Shown: positions 1 through 8,329, counted from the first letter of the stretch. The stretch is DNA of 20,000 nucleotides from an uncultured virus (IMG/VR IMGVR_UViG_3300031994_000078) (IMGVR_UViG_3300031994_000078:53055-73054); one strand, 5' to 3'. The notes: a model not told the origin generated them from the sequence alone. Made by a program: numbers and translations.

Positions 1-1662
1 TTTTTCTCTAGGGATATTTTGAAGGTTAGGATTTGTTGATGACAATCTTCCAGAGTCTGTACCATGCAAAAGATAATTTGTATGAACTTTATTGTTATCA
101 TCTAATAATGCTTTCATACCTGTTATAAAAGTTGATGTTTCTGTTCTTATTTTTTTATAATCCAATATATCTTGTAATACAGAATGTTTTTTTGCATACT
201 TAGATATAGTAGCTTTATCTGTAGCAGGGTTTCCAGATTCTGTTATTCTTAACACCTTACATCCTAATTTTGTAAACATTAAATCTGCTAACTGTTGTGT
301 AGAATTTACATTAAATTCTAAATCACCTACTTTACCTCTTATAACAGCTAACTTATCTTCTAATGCTTTTTTATTATTTCTTTCTATTTCTGCTAAATGA
401 TTTATATCAACTTGCACACCATCATATTCAACATCTATTAATACTTTCTGTAATGGCATTGTTAATTTATTAAATACATCTAACAAGCCTTCTCTTTCAA
501 GTTGAATATCAAACTTACTGTATAGTCTATATGTTGCTAATGTATCTAAGCAACAATATGTGCCAAGAACTTCTATCGGAGCTTTATACATATCATCTTT
601 AGTTATTTTATTTTCTCTTAACCAATTATATAATACAGACTCATAACCACCCATATCTGTAAATAAAACTGATAAAAGTTTTAATGTTCGCATACCATTT
701 AAATTCTCATTAAGTAAATGAGAAGCTAACATAACATCAAAACTTGCATTATTTATACGTCTAACATTTAAATAATGTCTTATAAATTTAAAATCAAATT
801 GACCATTATATGCAATTTTAAGTGTCTCATTTGAGACAAACTTTTTTAAATCTTCCTTAATTAAATTTTCAGTTTGCTCATCCCAAAAAGAAACTATTTT
901 ATTATCTTCATATTTATGAATTGGAATATAATAAGAGTTCTCTTTATCAAGAGCAAAACCTATACCTATAATCTTATCTTTTAAAAAGTTTAACCCACTT
1001 GTTTCAATATCTATAACTGTTTTAGCTGATACTAAAAGCTTTGATAAAGCTTCAGTCAATAAACGCTTATCAGTAACAATAGTACAATTTGTTTGTTGCA
1101 TTGGTGGTTTTATACCATCAATAAAATTTTTAATAAACTCAAATGATTTATCTCCATAGCAACGGTATTGTGTTTTCAAATATAATTTATATATATCTAA
1201 CATACAAAACGTGTCAATATTATATAAAGGACTCTTTATAATAGCTCCATATACATCAAATAACTTTGCTTTAATATCTCCAAGAAAATATTTTGTAGGT
1301 CTATCACCTACACAAACAACCAACTTTGGCTTAACTTCTTCTAAAACTTTATTTAGATGATGTCTACAATTTTCATAATATTTCTTCTTTACAGGATTGT
1401 TTGTCAATTTAAAAGCTTGATCTTTTTTTGGCGTACCAGAAAAACAATGTGTCATATATGTTATAGCAATATCATCAAAAGATATTTTATACTTATTTAA
1501 ATATTGTTTAAATAACTCCATTACAGGTCCAGCTGTAATACGATTCTCTAAGTCAGCTTGGTAGGTAGGAGTTTCAAATAAAAATAATACTTTAGCATTA
1601 CTTCCGATATAGCTACCTACATTATTTTTACAATCAAAATTACAAATGTTACATTGTTTCAT
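1..1662 (-). CDS. polA: Family A DNA polymerase with N-terminal uracil-DNA-glycosylase-like domain and 3'-5' exonuclease (partial, C-terminus outside window)
   Basis: Not in the ORF track because it is open at the window edge; translated by hand from the ATG at 1662, which overlaps the TAA of the upstream ORF. N-terminus MKQCNICNFDC...AKVLFLFETP...TYMTHC...NCRHHL...KPKLVVCVG is UDG family-4-like. Exonuclease motifs: ExoI VIDIETSG, ExoII AYNGQFD, ExoIII YCCLD. PolA motifs: FNVNSTQQL and HTNYLLHGTDSGRLSSTNPNLQNIP. Confidence 0.93.
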   Translation of the reverse strand, partial: MKQCNICNFDCKNNVGSYIGSNAKVLFLFETPTYQADLENRITAGPVMELFKQYLNKYKISFDDIAITYMTHCFSGTPKKDQAFKLTNNPVKKKYYENCRHHLNKVLEEVKPKLVVCVGDRPTKYFLGDIKAKLFDVYGAIIKSPLYNIDTFCMLDIYKLYLKTQYRCYGDKSFEFIKNFIDGIKPPMQQTNCTIVTDKRLLTEALSKLLVSAKTVIDIETSGLNFLKDKIIGIGFALDKENSYYIPIHKYEDNKIVSFWDEQTENLIKEDLKKFVSNETLKIAYNGQFDFKFIRHYLNVRRINNASFDVMLASHLLNENLNGMRTLKLLSVLFTDMGGYESVLYNWLRENKITKDDMYKAPIEVLGTYCCLDTLATYRLYSKFDIQLEREGLLDVFNKLTMPLQKVLIDVEYDGVQVDINHLAEIERNNKKALEDKLAVIRGKVGDLEFNVNSTQQLADLMFTKLGCKVLRITESGNPATDKATISKYAKKHSVLQDILDYKKIRTETSTFITGMKALLDDNNKVHTNYLLHGTDSGRLSSTNPNLQNIPREK

Positions 1663-2036
1663 TATTTCTTATTTCTCCTTTTCTTTGTTACTTTAAATGC
1701 TTCTTTTATTACTTTAGGTTGTCTTTTTCTATGTTCTTTACTTATTCCTCTATTTAAAAACGACTCTGATGGTACATCTGTAAATACATCTGTCTTCACT
1801 ACTTTCTTTTCTTGCGCTACACCTAAAATCTTCTTACGTAAATATGTTTGAATTTTGGAGCAAGCTTCTTTTTTAACAAAGGTGAAATAATACTCCTTTC
1901 CTAATAGTTTACGATTTTTGTAATAAGTTGTCAACTCCTGAAAACGCTTATCTTCGTCTAAGGTTTTCATATCATAATCTTCATTTACATAAACTACATA
2001 ACCACGATTTAATTTCCTTACATCAATAATACGCAT
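1662..2036 (-). CDS. Hypothetical basic protein (124 aa)
   Basis: ORF translationally coupled on both sides (TAATG overlaps), upstream GGAGG RBS, Lys-rich C-terminus; no recognisable motif. Confidence 0.7.
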   Translation of the reverse strand: MRIIDVRKLNRGYVVYVNEDYDMKTLDEDKRFQELTTYYKNRKLLGKEYYFTFVKKEACSKIQTYLRKKILGVAQEKKVVKTDVFTDVPSESFLNRGISKEHRKRQPKVIKEAFKVTKKRRNKK

Positions 2037-2782
2037 TATATACCTCCAACTTTAGATTCATTACCTTGTTTATAAATTGTTATTAAATTTGGCGCTTTCT
2101 CTTTTATACTATTATTATGTGTAATTAATATTATTTGTCTATTATTCTTTTCACTAAATTGTCTTAAAAACTCACCAAACGCACTTTGATACTCTGCAGA
2201 TATATTTGCTCCAACCTCATCTAATATAACTGGTCCTTGTATCTTTGGCTTACAAAACTCTAAAAATATTAAACGTAAACAAACAGATAAAACGTTTTTA
2301 ACTCCACCAGCTTCAGATTGTAATATATCAGACTCACCAGCATCTGATACTGTATAAAAATATGTATCTACACCCTTCTTTGTTTCTTCCATATGAATCT
2401 TAAACTTTATATTTGTATCTTGTAATATATCTTGCAAAGCAACTGTACACAAATTTTCTATTTTAGATAGCTGTGTTTGTGATATTTTAGATAAAGCTTT
2501 TATCAAAATTTTTTCATTATCTAAATCATATTTAACAGATACTAACTCTTTCTGTTTTGCTTCTAGTTCTTGCAATTGTGTATTATATATATTAAACTCT
2601 CCTTCACGTTTAGCTATATCTAAAAGAATATCTTCTATATATTTTTTTAATTTATAAACTTTATCTAAAACCTTTTTATCTACACAAAAAGGTTCTTTAG
2701 GTGTTACATAAGGTTGCTTAACTTCAAAATATTCTTCAAGAGCCTTTTTTGTTCTAGGCATTTTTGGCACTTTATTTGGCAC
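2036..2782 (-). CDS. Rad50/SbcC-like ABC ATPase, C-terminal half
   Basis: GTG start with GAGGTG RBS; coiled coil followed by signature-like SEAGG, Walker B VILDE and H-loop IILITH; no Walker A. Confidence 0.85.
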   Translation of the reverse strand: MPNKVPKMPRTKKALEEYFEVKQPYVTPKEPFCVDKKVLDKVYKLKKYIEDILLDIAKREGEFNIYNTQLQELEAKQKELVSVKYDLDNEKILIKALSKISQTQLSKIENLCTVALQDILQDTNIKFKIHMEETKKGVDTYFYTVSDAGESDILQSEAGGVKNVLSVCLRLIFLEFCKPKIQGPVILDEVGANISAEYQSAFGEFLRQFSEKNNRQIILITHNNSIKEKAPNLITIYKQGNESKVGGI

Positions 2783-2825
2783 TTTACACCTCTACATAAT
2801 ATATAAAATATACTATTTTAAATAA

Positions 2826-2854
2826 ATTATATATAAATAATCTCATTTTGTCAA
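2826..2854 (-). promoter_or_regulatory. Perfect sigma70-type promoter reading into the SbcC C-half / polA genes
   Basis: Minus strand TTGACA (2854-2849), 17-nt spacer, TATAAT (2831-2826). Confidence 0.85.
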
Positions 2855-2860
2855 TAATAA

Positions 2861-2881
2861 CCTTGACAAAAGTATCATAAT
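2861..2881 (+). promoter_or_regulatory. CCTTGACA-N4-TATCATAAT motif upstream of tnpB (putative phage promoter)
   Basis: Same motif and spacing as 16269-16289 upstream of the structural genes. Its TTGACA forms a 9-bp inverted repeat with the divergent -35 (TTTTGTCAA 2846-2854 / TTGACAAAA 2863-2871). Confidence 0.55.
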
Positions 2882-2933
2882 TCACATTACAATGTAATAG
2901 AATTTTATGCTAAATTTTTAATTTGTATAAAAA

Positions 2934-4091
2934 ATGATACAACATTATACTTATAATTATCGTTTATATCCAACTAAAAAACAAAGTATTTTATTAGATA
3001 AACACTTTGGATGCACTCGCTTTATCTTTAACTATTATTTAAATAAAGAACAAAATTATTATTTAAATAATAAAGAAAATATTGAAGCTAAAAGGGTTAA
3101 AGGATTTCTTAATTATTACGATAATGCTAAAGATTTAACTAACCTTAAACAAACAACACTTTGGTTAAAAGAAGTTAATTCTCAAACTTTACAATCCACT
3201 TTAAAGAACTTAGAAAGTGCATATAGAGGTTTCTTCCAGAAACGTTCTAAGTTTCCAAGATTTAAGTCTAAAAAGTCTAGACAATCCTTTTGTGTACCAC
3301 AGCACTTATCTATCAAAAATAATAGATTGTATATTCCAAAGTTTAAAGAAGGTATAAAGATAAACCTTCACAGAGACTTAGTTGGAGATTTTGTAACAGC
3401 TTCAATAGTTAAAACAAAAACCAATAAATACTTTGTTAATATAACTGTTGAACTTGATATTAAAGAACTTCCTAAATTAAATACTGATTTAGGTATTGAT
3501 TTAGGTATTAAAAATTTTGTTATAACTTCAAATGGCGAGGTATTTGATAACAAACATTTCTTAAAGAAAGTGGAATCTAAATTAAAATTCTTACAAAGAC
3601 AAGCTAGTAAGAAAGTTAAAGGTTCTAATAACAGAAAGAAAGTCAACTTAAAAGTAGCAGAGTTATTTGAATATATAATAAATTGTAAGAAAGACTATCT
3701 TCATAAAGTAAGCACTCAATTAATTCGTGAAAACCAAACGATTTATATTGAAGACTTAAATATAAAAGGTATGCTTTCTAATCATCATTTAGCTAAAAGT
3801 ATTCAAGAATTATCTTGGTACGAGTTTATAAGAATGCTTGAATATAAAGCTAAATGGTATGGTCGATCTATAATTAAGATTGATCGATTCTATCCATCTT
3901 CAAAGACCTGTAATAACTGTGGCTACATTAAACAAGATTTAACATTGAAAGATCGAAATTGGATATGTCCTAAATGTCACACAGAAGTTGATCGAGATTA
4001 TAATGCAGCACTTAATATTCTTAAACAAGGCAGGAACTGTCTTGTAAAGCCTATGGAGCTGTCTAGTAATAACATAGAAGCTGTGAAATAG
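2934..4091 (+). CDS. tnpB: RNA-guided endonuclease TnpB
   Basis: N-terminal YNYRLYPTKKQ...FGCTRFIFNY; RuvC-I GIDLGIK, RuvC-II IEDLNIKGM, Zn finger CNNC...CPKC, RuvC-III DRDYNAALNI. D-E-D triad intact. Confidence 0.96.
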   Translation: MIQHYTYNYRLYPTKKQSILLDKHFGCTRFIFNYYLNKEQNYYLNNKENIEAKRVKGFLNYYDNAKDLTNLKQTTLWLKEVNSQTLQSTLKNLESAYRGFFQKRSKFPRFKSKKSRQSFCVPQHLSIKNNRLYIPKFKEGIKINLHRDLVGDFVTASIVKTKTNKYFVNITVELDIKELPKLNTDLGIDLGIKNFVITSNGEVFDNKHFLKKVESKLKFLQRQASKKVKGSNNRKKVNLKVAELFEYIINCKKDYLHKVSTQLIRENQTIYIEDLNIKGMLSNHHLAKSIQELSWYEFIRMLEYKAKWYGRSIIKIDRFYPSSKTCNNCGYIKQDLTLKDRNWICPKCHTEVDRDYNAALNILKQGRNCLVKPMELSSNNIEAVK

Positions 4092-4133
4092 GAAACTCTT
4101 TTAGAGTAATTCATTTTGCATTTGTTTGTGCCT
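3960..4133 (+). ncRNA. Putative omegaRNA (reRNA) overlapping the tnpB 3' end, with flank-derived guide
   Basis: IS605-type 3' pattern GGCAGGAAC...GCCTATGGAG...TGAAATAGGAA-hairpin-TTCA. CCTAT 4050-4054 pairs with ATAGG 4088-4092; ACTCT 4095-4099 pairs with AGAGT 4103-4107. Guide would begin at about 4114. The 5' boundary is a guess. Confidence 0.6.
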
Positions 4134-4539
4134 CGTTTATAATATCTTCTAACCATTTACGTCTAGCATCGTCATGCATATCTTTTGTTTCTTCTAATAA
4201 CATTTCCTCAAACCTTGCTAAATTAGATAAAGCTGTTCGCATTGCAGTATCTAAACGTTTTTTATATTCAACTATATTTTCTGGTGTAGCTTCTATATTT
4301 AAAGTCTTTTCACACTCATGTATTTCAGATTCAAGTTGCTGTAATTGAGCTTTCGTTGCATAACTTTCAGAAGTTAACTTAGTTATACGCTCAACAATTT
4401 GTTCATGTGTCATATTCTTTATTTCATCTAATCTGGCATCAACTTGTTTATCTATTTGTAATTGTTTCTGTTTTTCTTCAAACTTATCTACAGTTGCTCC
4501 AAATTCACGACCTTCTCTAGTAGATGCACTATGTGCCAT
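4111..4539 (-). CDS. Hypothetical coiled-coil protein (142 aa), possibly an SbcCD-complex subunit
   Basis: GGGAG RBS, helical heptad-rich sequence; lies between sbcD and the SbcC C-half. Confidence 0.7.
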   Translation of the reverse strand: MAHSASTREGREFGATVDKFEEKQKQLQIDKQVDARLDEIKNMTHEQIVERITKLTSESYATKAQLQQLESEIHECEKTLNIEATPENIVEYKKRLDTAMRTALSNLARFEEMLLEETKDMHDDARRKWLEDIINEAQTNAK

Positions 4540-4552
4540 AACTTATCTCCCT

Positions 4553-5473
4553 CTATTTAGTTAATTTCTTTGTTACATTCTCTAAACGTAATTTAACCAT
4601 TTCAGCATACTTTGGGTCTACATTTAATTGTTTTATTATATGATCTAATATTCCATATATATCATTAAAAACTAAATCTGTATCTTTTAAAACGTCATTA
4701 AACGAAATATTTAATTCTTTAGTTTCTGCAACAGTATTTTTATTAATAAATATATTTTCTAATATAGGAATAAAAATATCTCTATAATCTAATTTTGTTC
4801 CGACTTTATTAAATACAGCTACATGTGGTTTAATATCTTTTTCTACAATAGATGTTCTTATTAAAGGTCCTGTATTTACAAATAAATTATTATTTTCCAT
4901 AATATAAAACGGTTTATGTATATGTCCACACAAAAATATTTTACCATTAAATAATTGCGCTAAATCTTTTATGAGTATATGTTCATAAGGTAAACTTATA
5001 TCTGAAACTGAATTATGAGTTACTATTATATCGCAATCTTTAAATATTAAATAATCATCTACTTTATTAGATAACTGACAAGGCATAACTCCTATAAGTA
5101 AATCTGAAGGAAATTTATAAATTGCTTTATCATATAAAACATTTATACAACCAGAAGCTTCTAACGTTCCAATAAATGATTGTTTATAAGAATCTAAATT
5201 ATATCCATAAATATCATGTGAACCCGGAACATAAAAGAAAGGTGATTTTAGTTTCTTTAGTATAGATATTACACTATTAAGTATTGATGGATCTGATGAC
5301 CTCGGTGAATCAAATAAATCTCCACCCATAATTATAAAGTCAGGTAACTCTTGATTACATATATCAACTAAAGAACTCAACTTGTTCAGTTGAGTTTTTA
5401 TAATATCATCAACTCTACAACTAGGTTGATGAAAACATATATGCCAATCCGTTGTAAATATAAATTTACTCAT
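4553..5473 (-). CDS. sbcD: Mre11/SbcD-like metallophosphoesterase nuclease
   Basis: Motifs TTDWH, GGDLFD, PGSHD (GNHD variant), VTH, CGHIH; overlaps the end of the SbcC N-half gene. Confidence 0.88.
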   Translation of the reverse strand: MSKFIFTTDWHICFHQPSCRVDDIIKTQLNKLSSLVDICNQELPDFIIMGGDLFDSPRSSDPSILNSVISILKKLKSPFFYVPGSHDIYGYNLDSYKQSFIGTLEASGCINVLYDKAIYKFPSDLLIGVMPCQLSNKVDDYLIFKDCDIIVTHNSVSDISLPYEHILIKDLAQLFNGKIFLCGHIHKPFYIMENNNLFVNTGPLIRTSIVEKDIKPHVAVFNKVGTKLDYRDIFIPILENIFINKNTVAETKELNISFNDVLKDTDLVFNDIYGILDHIIKQLNVDPKYAEMVKLRLENVTKKLTK

Positions 5474-6533
5474 TCTTACTCCATAAAGGTCGTTTACATG
5501 TTGGACATACTTTAGTTACTTGTTTGCCTAACTCAATAAAATCTTCTTGTTCTTTAAGTTCGAATTCTTTATTTTTAAAATCTTGTTTCAAAATTTCTAA
5601 TCTATTTATTATATCATAATTTTCATAACATTTCAATAAAATATTATATGTATTTAATACATTATCTTGACAACTAATTAATCTTTTTAAATGTTCTCGT
5701 TTTGCATATAATAATAAAATATTATTTATACGATTATAGTCTACAACTATCCCTTTTAAAGCAATTGTTTTTTTAATTAGTTTCTCACGCTTTTCATAAA
5801 ATAATTTTAATTTTAAATATGAAGCCATCTTAGTAGCTAAATTAAATAAGTTCACATATTTAAGATTTATTGTTTCAAGAACTTTTAATAAATCATTTAA
5901 GTTATTTTGCAATTGTAATATAAAATTTTTATGTGATTCTAAATTATCATATTTCTTTAAAACTTCTTTTAATTCTACAATTGATTTTTCTATATTATCT
6001 AATGACTGTTTATTATCTTGAATTTCTTTTGTTAATTCACGGTTTACTGCATCTACTATATGTAATTGTGTTAACCTATTTATAAATTTTGTTTTCATCG
6101 GAGCAGACTTAGTTAATAAAAAATGTGGATCATCTTGCATATGTATATTTATATTTTCTGAATAATCAGAGTCTATTACTAAAGGGAATACTCCTAATAT
6201 TTGTTTGACCTCTACAGGAGCCTGAATACCAAAATTATTGAATTCTTTGGATGTTCCATCAGGTTTTATAATAGTTATTTTATTTAATCCATTTCCTTTT
6301 TCTCTTATAACTTTAATTCCATTATCTAAAGTTATTGATACTTTAACAGACTTTTCACCAGTTCTAATAAATGAATCTGACCATACATCATTAAACATAA
6401 AATTTAATGCACGTAAAACAGAACTTTTACCAGATCTTGTTCTACCTGCAATACATACAAATCCACCATCTAAATTTATGATGGTGGATTTATGTGATTG
6501 AAAATTCTCTAATTCTATCTTAGTTAGATACAT
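5466..6533 (-). CDS. Rad50/SbcC-like ABC ATPase, N-terminal half ending at the zinc hook
   Basis: IELENFQSH, Walker A GRTRSGKSS, Q-loop HMQD, long coiled coil, terminal CPTCKRPL; no signature or Walker B. Confidence 0.88.
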   Translation of the reverse strand: MYLTKIELENFQSHKSTIINLDGGFVCIAGRTRSGKSSVLRALNFMFNDVWSDSFIRTGEKSVKVSITLDNGIKVIREKGNGLNKITIIKPDGTSKEFNNFGIQAPVEVKQILGVFPLVIDSDYSENINIHMQDDPHFLLTKSAPMKTKFINRLTQLHIVDAVNRELTKEIQDNKQSLDNIEKSIVELKEVLKKYDNLESHKNFILQLQNNLNDLLKVLETINLKYVNLFNLATKMASYLKLKLFYEKREKLIKKTIALKGIVVDYNRINNILLLYAKREHLKRLISCQDNVLNTYNILLKCYENYDIINRLEILKQDFKNKEFELKEQEDFIELGKQVTKVCPTCKRPLWSKNE

Positions 6534-7542
6534 TTAAAGCACCTAACAATTCTTTTTGTAAATTTTCATCTTCTTTAATTGCTTTGGTAATCTCTAATTT
6601 ACCTTTATACTTTTGCCCATTATACTCATAAATAACATTATTTGGATGTTGTATAATATTTGCTTTAAGACATTCAGTTAAAAGTTCACTAGCAGTATCT
6701 ACACCAACAGATAAATTTTCTGGACCTATATCAAAATAAACATCAAACTCACATGACATTTTAGGTCTATACAACTTATTCTTTTCTGTAGTAACTTTAA
6801 CTCTTTGTCCTGCTAAACCTTCATCTTTATTTTTTGGATCTTTATAATAAGTAAATTCTGCACCTGTACGTTTATAAACATAAACTTTTATTGCATCATA
6901 AAATGTTAATGCTTTACCACCAGTAGACTGATTTGGGTTACCAAACATAACACCTGGATTAGACCTTACTTGATTAATCCATATTAATGCTGTTTTATTT
7001 TTAGCTCCTAAAGCTGCATTTACTTTTCTTAAACCTAAAGAAAGCATCCTTGCTTGCTCAGCAATTGCACTACCTTCTTCAAGTCCTTTATCTATCTGAG
7101 ATTGTGGTGTTAATGCAGATATAGAATCTACTACAACTAAGTCTACTTCTGCTTCTATAAACTTAATCACATCTTCTAAGAAAGACTCTCCAGATCTTGG
7201 AGAACCATCGACAGTTCCACTTACTAAAAGTTGATTTGGATCAATTCCTAAATTTAAAGCCCAATCCCTTGTAAATGAATTCTCTGCGTCTATTAAAGCT
7301 GCTACACCACCATTCTTCTGAACTTCTTTAATTGCAAGATAAGCCATTAAAGATTTTCCAGAAGATGGATCTCCATATAGTTCTGTCATTCTTCCCATAG
7401 GATAACCACCACCAAGTATACGGTCAAGACCAATTGACCCAGAAGGTAACCTAGGAACTTCTGGTTGATTATCTCCAACAATTAGTGTATTCATACCTTG
7501 CTTTTTTAAACTATCTAAAATACTTTTCAAGTCTTTAGCCAT
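6520..7542 (-). CDS. recA: RecA/UvsX recombinase
   Basis: SGSIGLDRILGGGYPMGRMTELYGDPSSGKS, IDAEN, VVVDSISAL, AEQARMLS, INQVR, TGGKALTFY. Start placed at MAKDL (GAGGT RBS). Confidence 0.96.
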   Translation of the reverse strand: MAKDLKSILDSLKKQGMNTLIVGDNQPEVPRLPSGSIGLDRILGGGYPMGRMTELYGDPSSGKSLMAYLAIKEVQKNGGVAALIDAENSFTRDWALNLGIDPNQLLVSGTVDGSPRSGESFLEDVIKFIEAEVDLVVVDSISALTPQSQIDKGLEEGSAIAEQARMLSLGLRKVNAALGAKNKTALIWINQVRSNPGVMFGNPNQSTGGKALTFYDAIKVYVYKRTGAEFTYYKDPKNKDEGLAGQRVKVTTEKNKLYRPKMSCEFDVYFDIGPENLSVGVDTASELLTECLKANIIQHPNNVIYEYNGQKYKGKLEITKAIKEDENLQKELLGALNVSN

Positions 7543-7558
7543 TTTTAACCTCATAAAA

Positions 7559-7591
7559 TTCCCTTACCATATAATATAGTAAGGGAAGTAT
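7559..7591 (-). terminator. Hairpin between the SSB-like gene and recA (weak terminator or processing site)
   Basis: TTCCCTTAC 7559-7567 / GTAAGGGAA 7579-7587, followed on the minus strand by TTTT just before the recA RBS. Confidence 0.5.
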
Positions 7592-7602
7592 TTACTTTAT
7601 AA

Positions 7603-8295
7603 TTATAGCTTACTACCAAAATCTACTTTTTTAACCGGAGGCATAGTTCCAAAATTTTGATTTGTTGGATTAGTTACTCTCTGTCCCATATTAGGAGCAG
7701 GATTTATACTAGGTCCAGCATATGGTTGTTGTTGGAACTGTTGATACATACCATTTGGTTGATTATTAATTGGTTTAATTGATTGATAATTAACTTTCAA
7801 TGGTGGTTGCTGTTGCTGAAACTGTTGCGATTGCTGTTGAGGTTCTGGCATAATCATATGTTCTTGTGGAAACATTAACGGTTCTGCACCTCGTGCATTA
7901 GGTGAATAAGGTAAATATTTATCAACCTTCAAATATATATTACCTTTCTGACTTCTTTTTTTAGAAACCATCAAAAGAATTTTTGTTCCACCTTTTATCA
8001 TATCAGTATTAAATGTTGCTAAATCAAAATTATTTGTAGTATCAATACCTAACGATACAAGTAAACCATCTAATTTATTACCAGGTGCCCATGATGTAGA
8101 AGTAAATAAACTTACAAAAATCTTAATTTTATTTACTTCATCTAATGTGAACAACCATTTAATCTGTGGTCCATACTGTCCTTGTTCTTCACTACATTTT
8201 ACAAATGATGCAGGATAAATTCCATCCTCTACATAATTTAAATCTGGTCTTGGTTCGTTACTGTAATCTTTTGCTTCTTGCCTTGTTAAAATCAT
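7603..8295 (-). CDS. Putative single-stranded DNA-binding protein (DUF669-like) with Q/P/N-rich tail
   Basis: VEDGIYPASFVKCSEEQGQYGPQIKWLF resembles DUF669-type phage proteins; beta-rich N-domain plus low-complexity tail; immediately upstream of recA. Confidence 0.55.
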   Translation of the reverse strand: MILTRQEAKDYSNEPRPDLNYVEDGIYPASFVKCSEEQGQYGPQIKWLFTLDEVNKIKIFVSLFTSTSWAPGNKLDGLLVSLGIDTTNNFDLATFNTDMIKGGTKILLMVSKKRSQKGNIYLKVDKYLPYSPNARGAEPLMFPQEHMIMPEPQQQSQQFQQQQPPLKVNYQSIKPINNQPNGMYQQFQQQPYAGPSINPAPNMGQRVTNPTNQNFGTMPPVKKVDFGSKL

Positions 8296-8329
8296 TTTTT
8301 ACTCTCCTATGTTCAATTTATTATATATT

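Larger units (their letters stand above)
2843..4118 (+). mobile_element. Solo tnpB element (IS200/IS605-derived, IS1341-like, no tnpA)
   Basis: tnpB antisense to the host operon; right-end-like ...GAAATAGGAAACTCTTTTAGAGTAATTCA; bounded by direct repeat TCATTTTG at 2843-2850 and 4111-4118; no Y1 transposase or serine recombinase ORF. Exact left end uncertain. Confidence 0.7.

Noticed and set aside
1654..1851. Plus-strand 65-aa ORF, and similar shadow ORFs at 3368-3646, 6238-6501 and 8166-8366
   Set aside because: Antisense to well-supported genes, no motifs, composition typical of reverse-frame artefacts.
2036..4539. SbcC split caused by the tnpB insertion (pseudogene)
   Set aside because: The N-half ends upstream of sbcD, far from tnpB; the C-half has its own RBS and promoter; the 142-aa ORF keeps its stop in the reconstructed empty allele.
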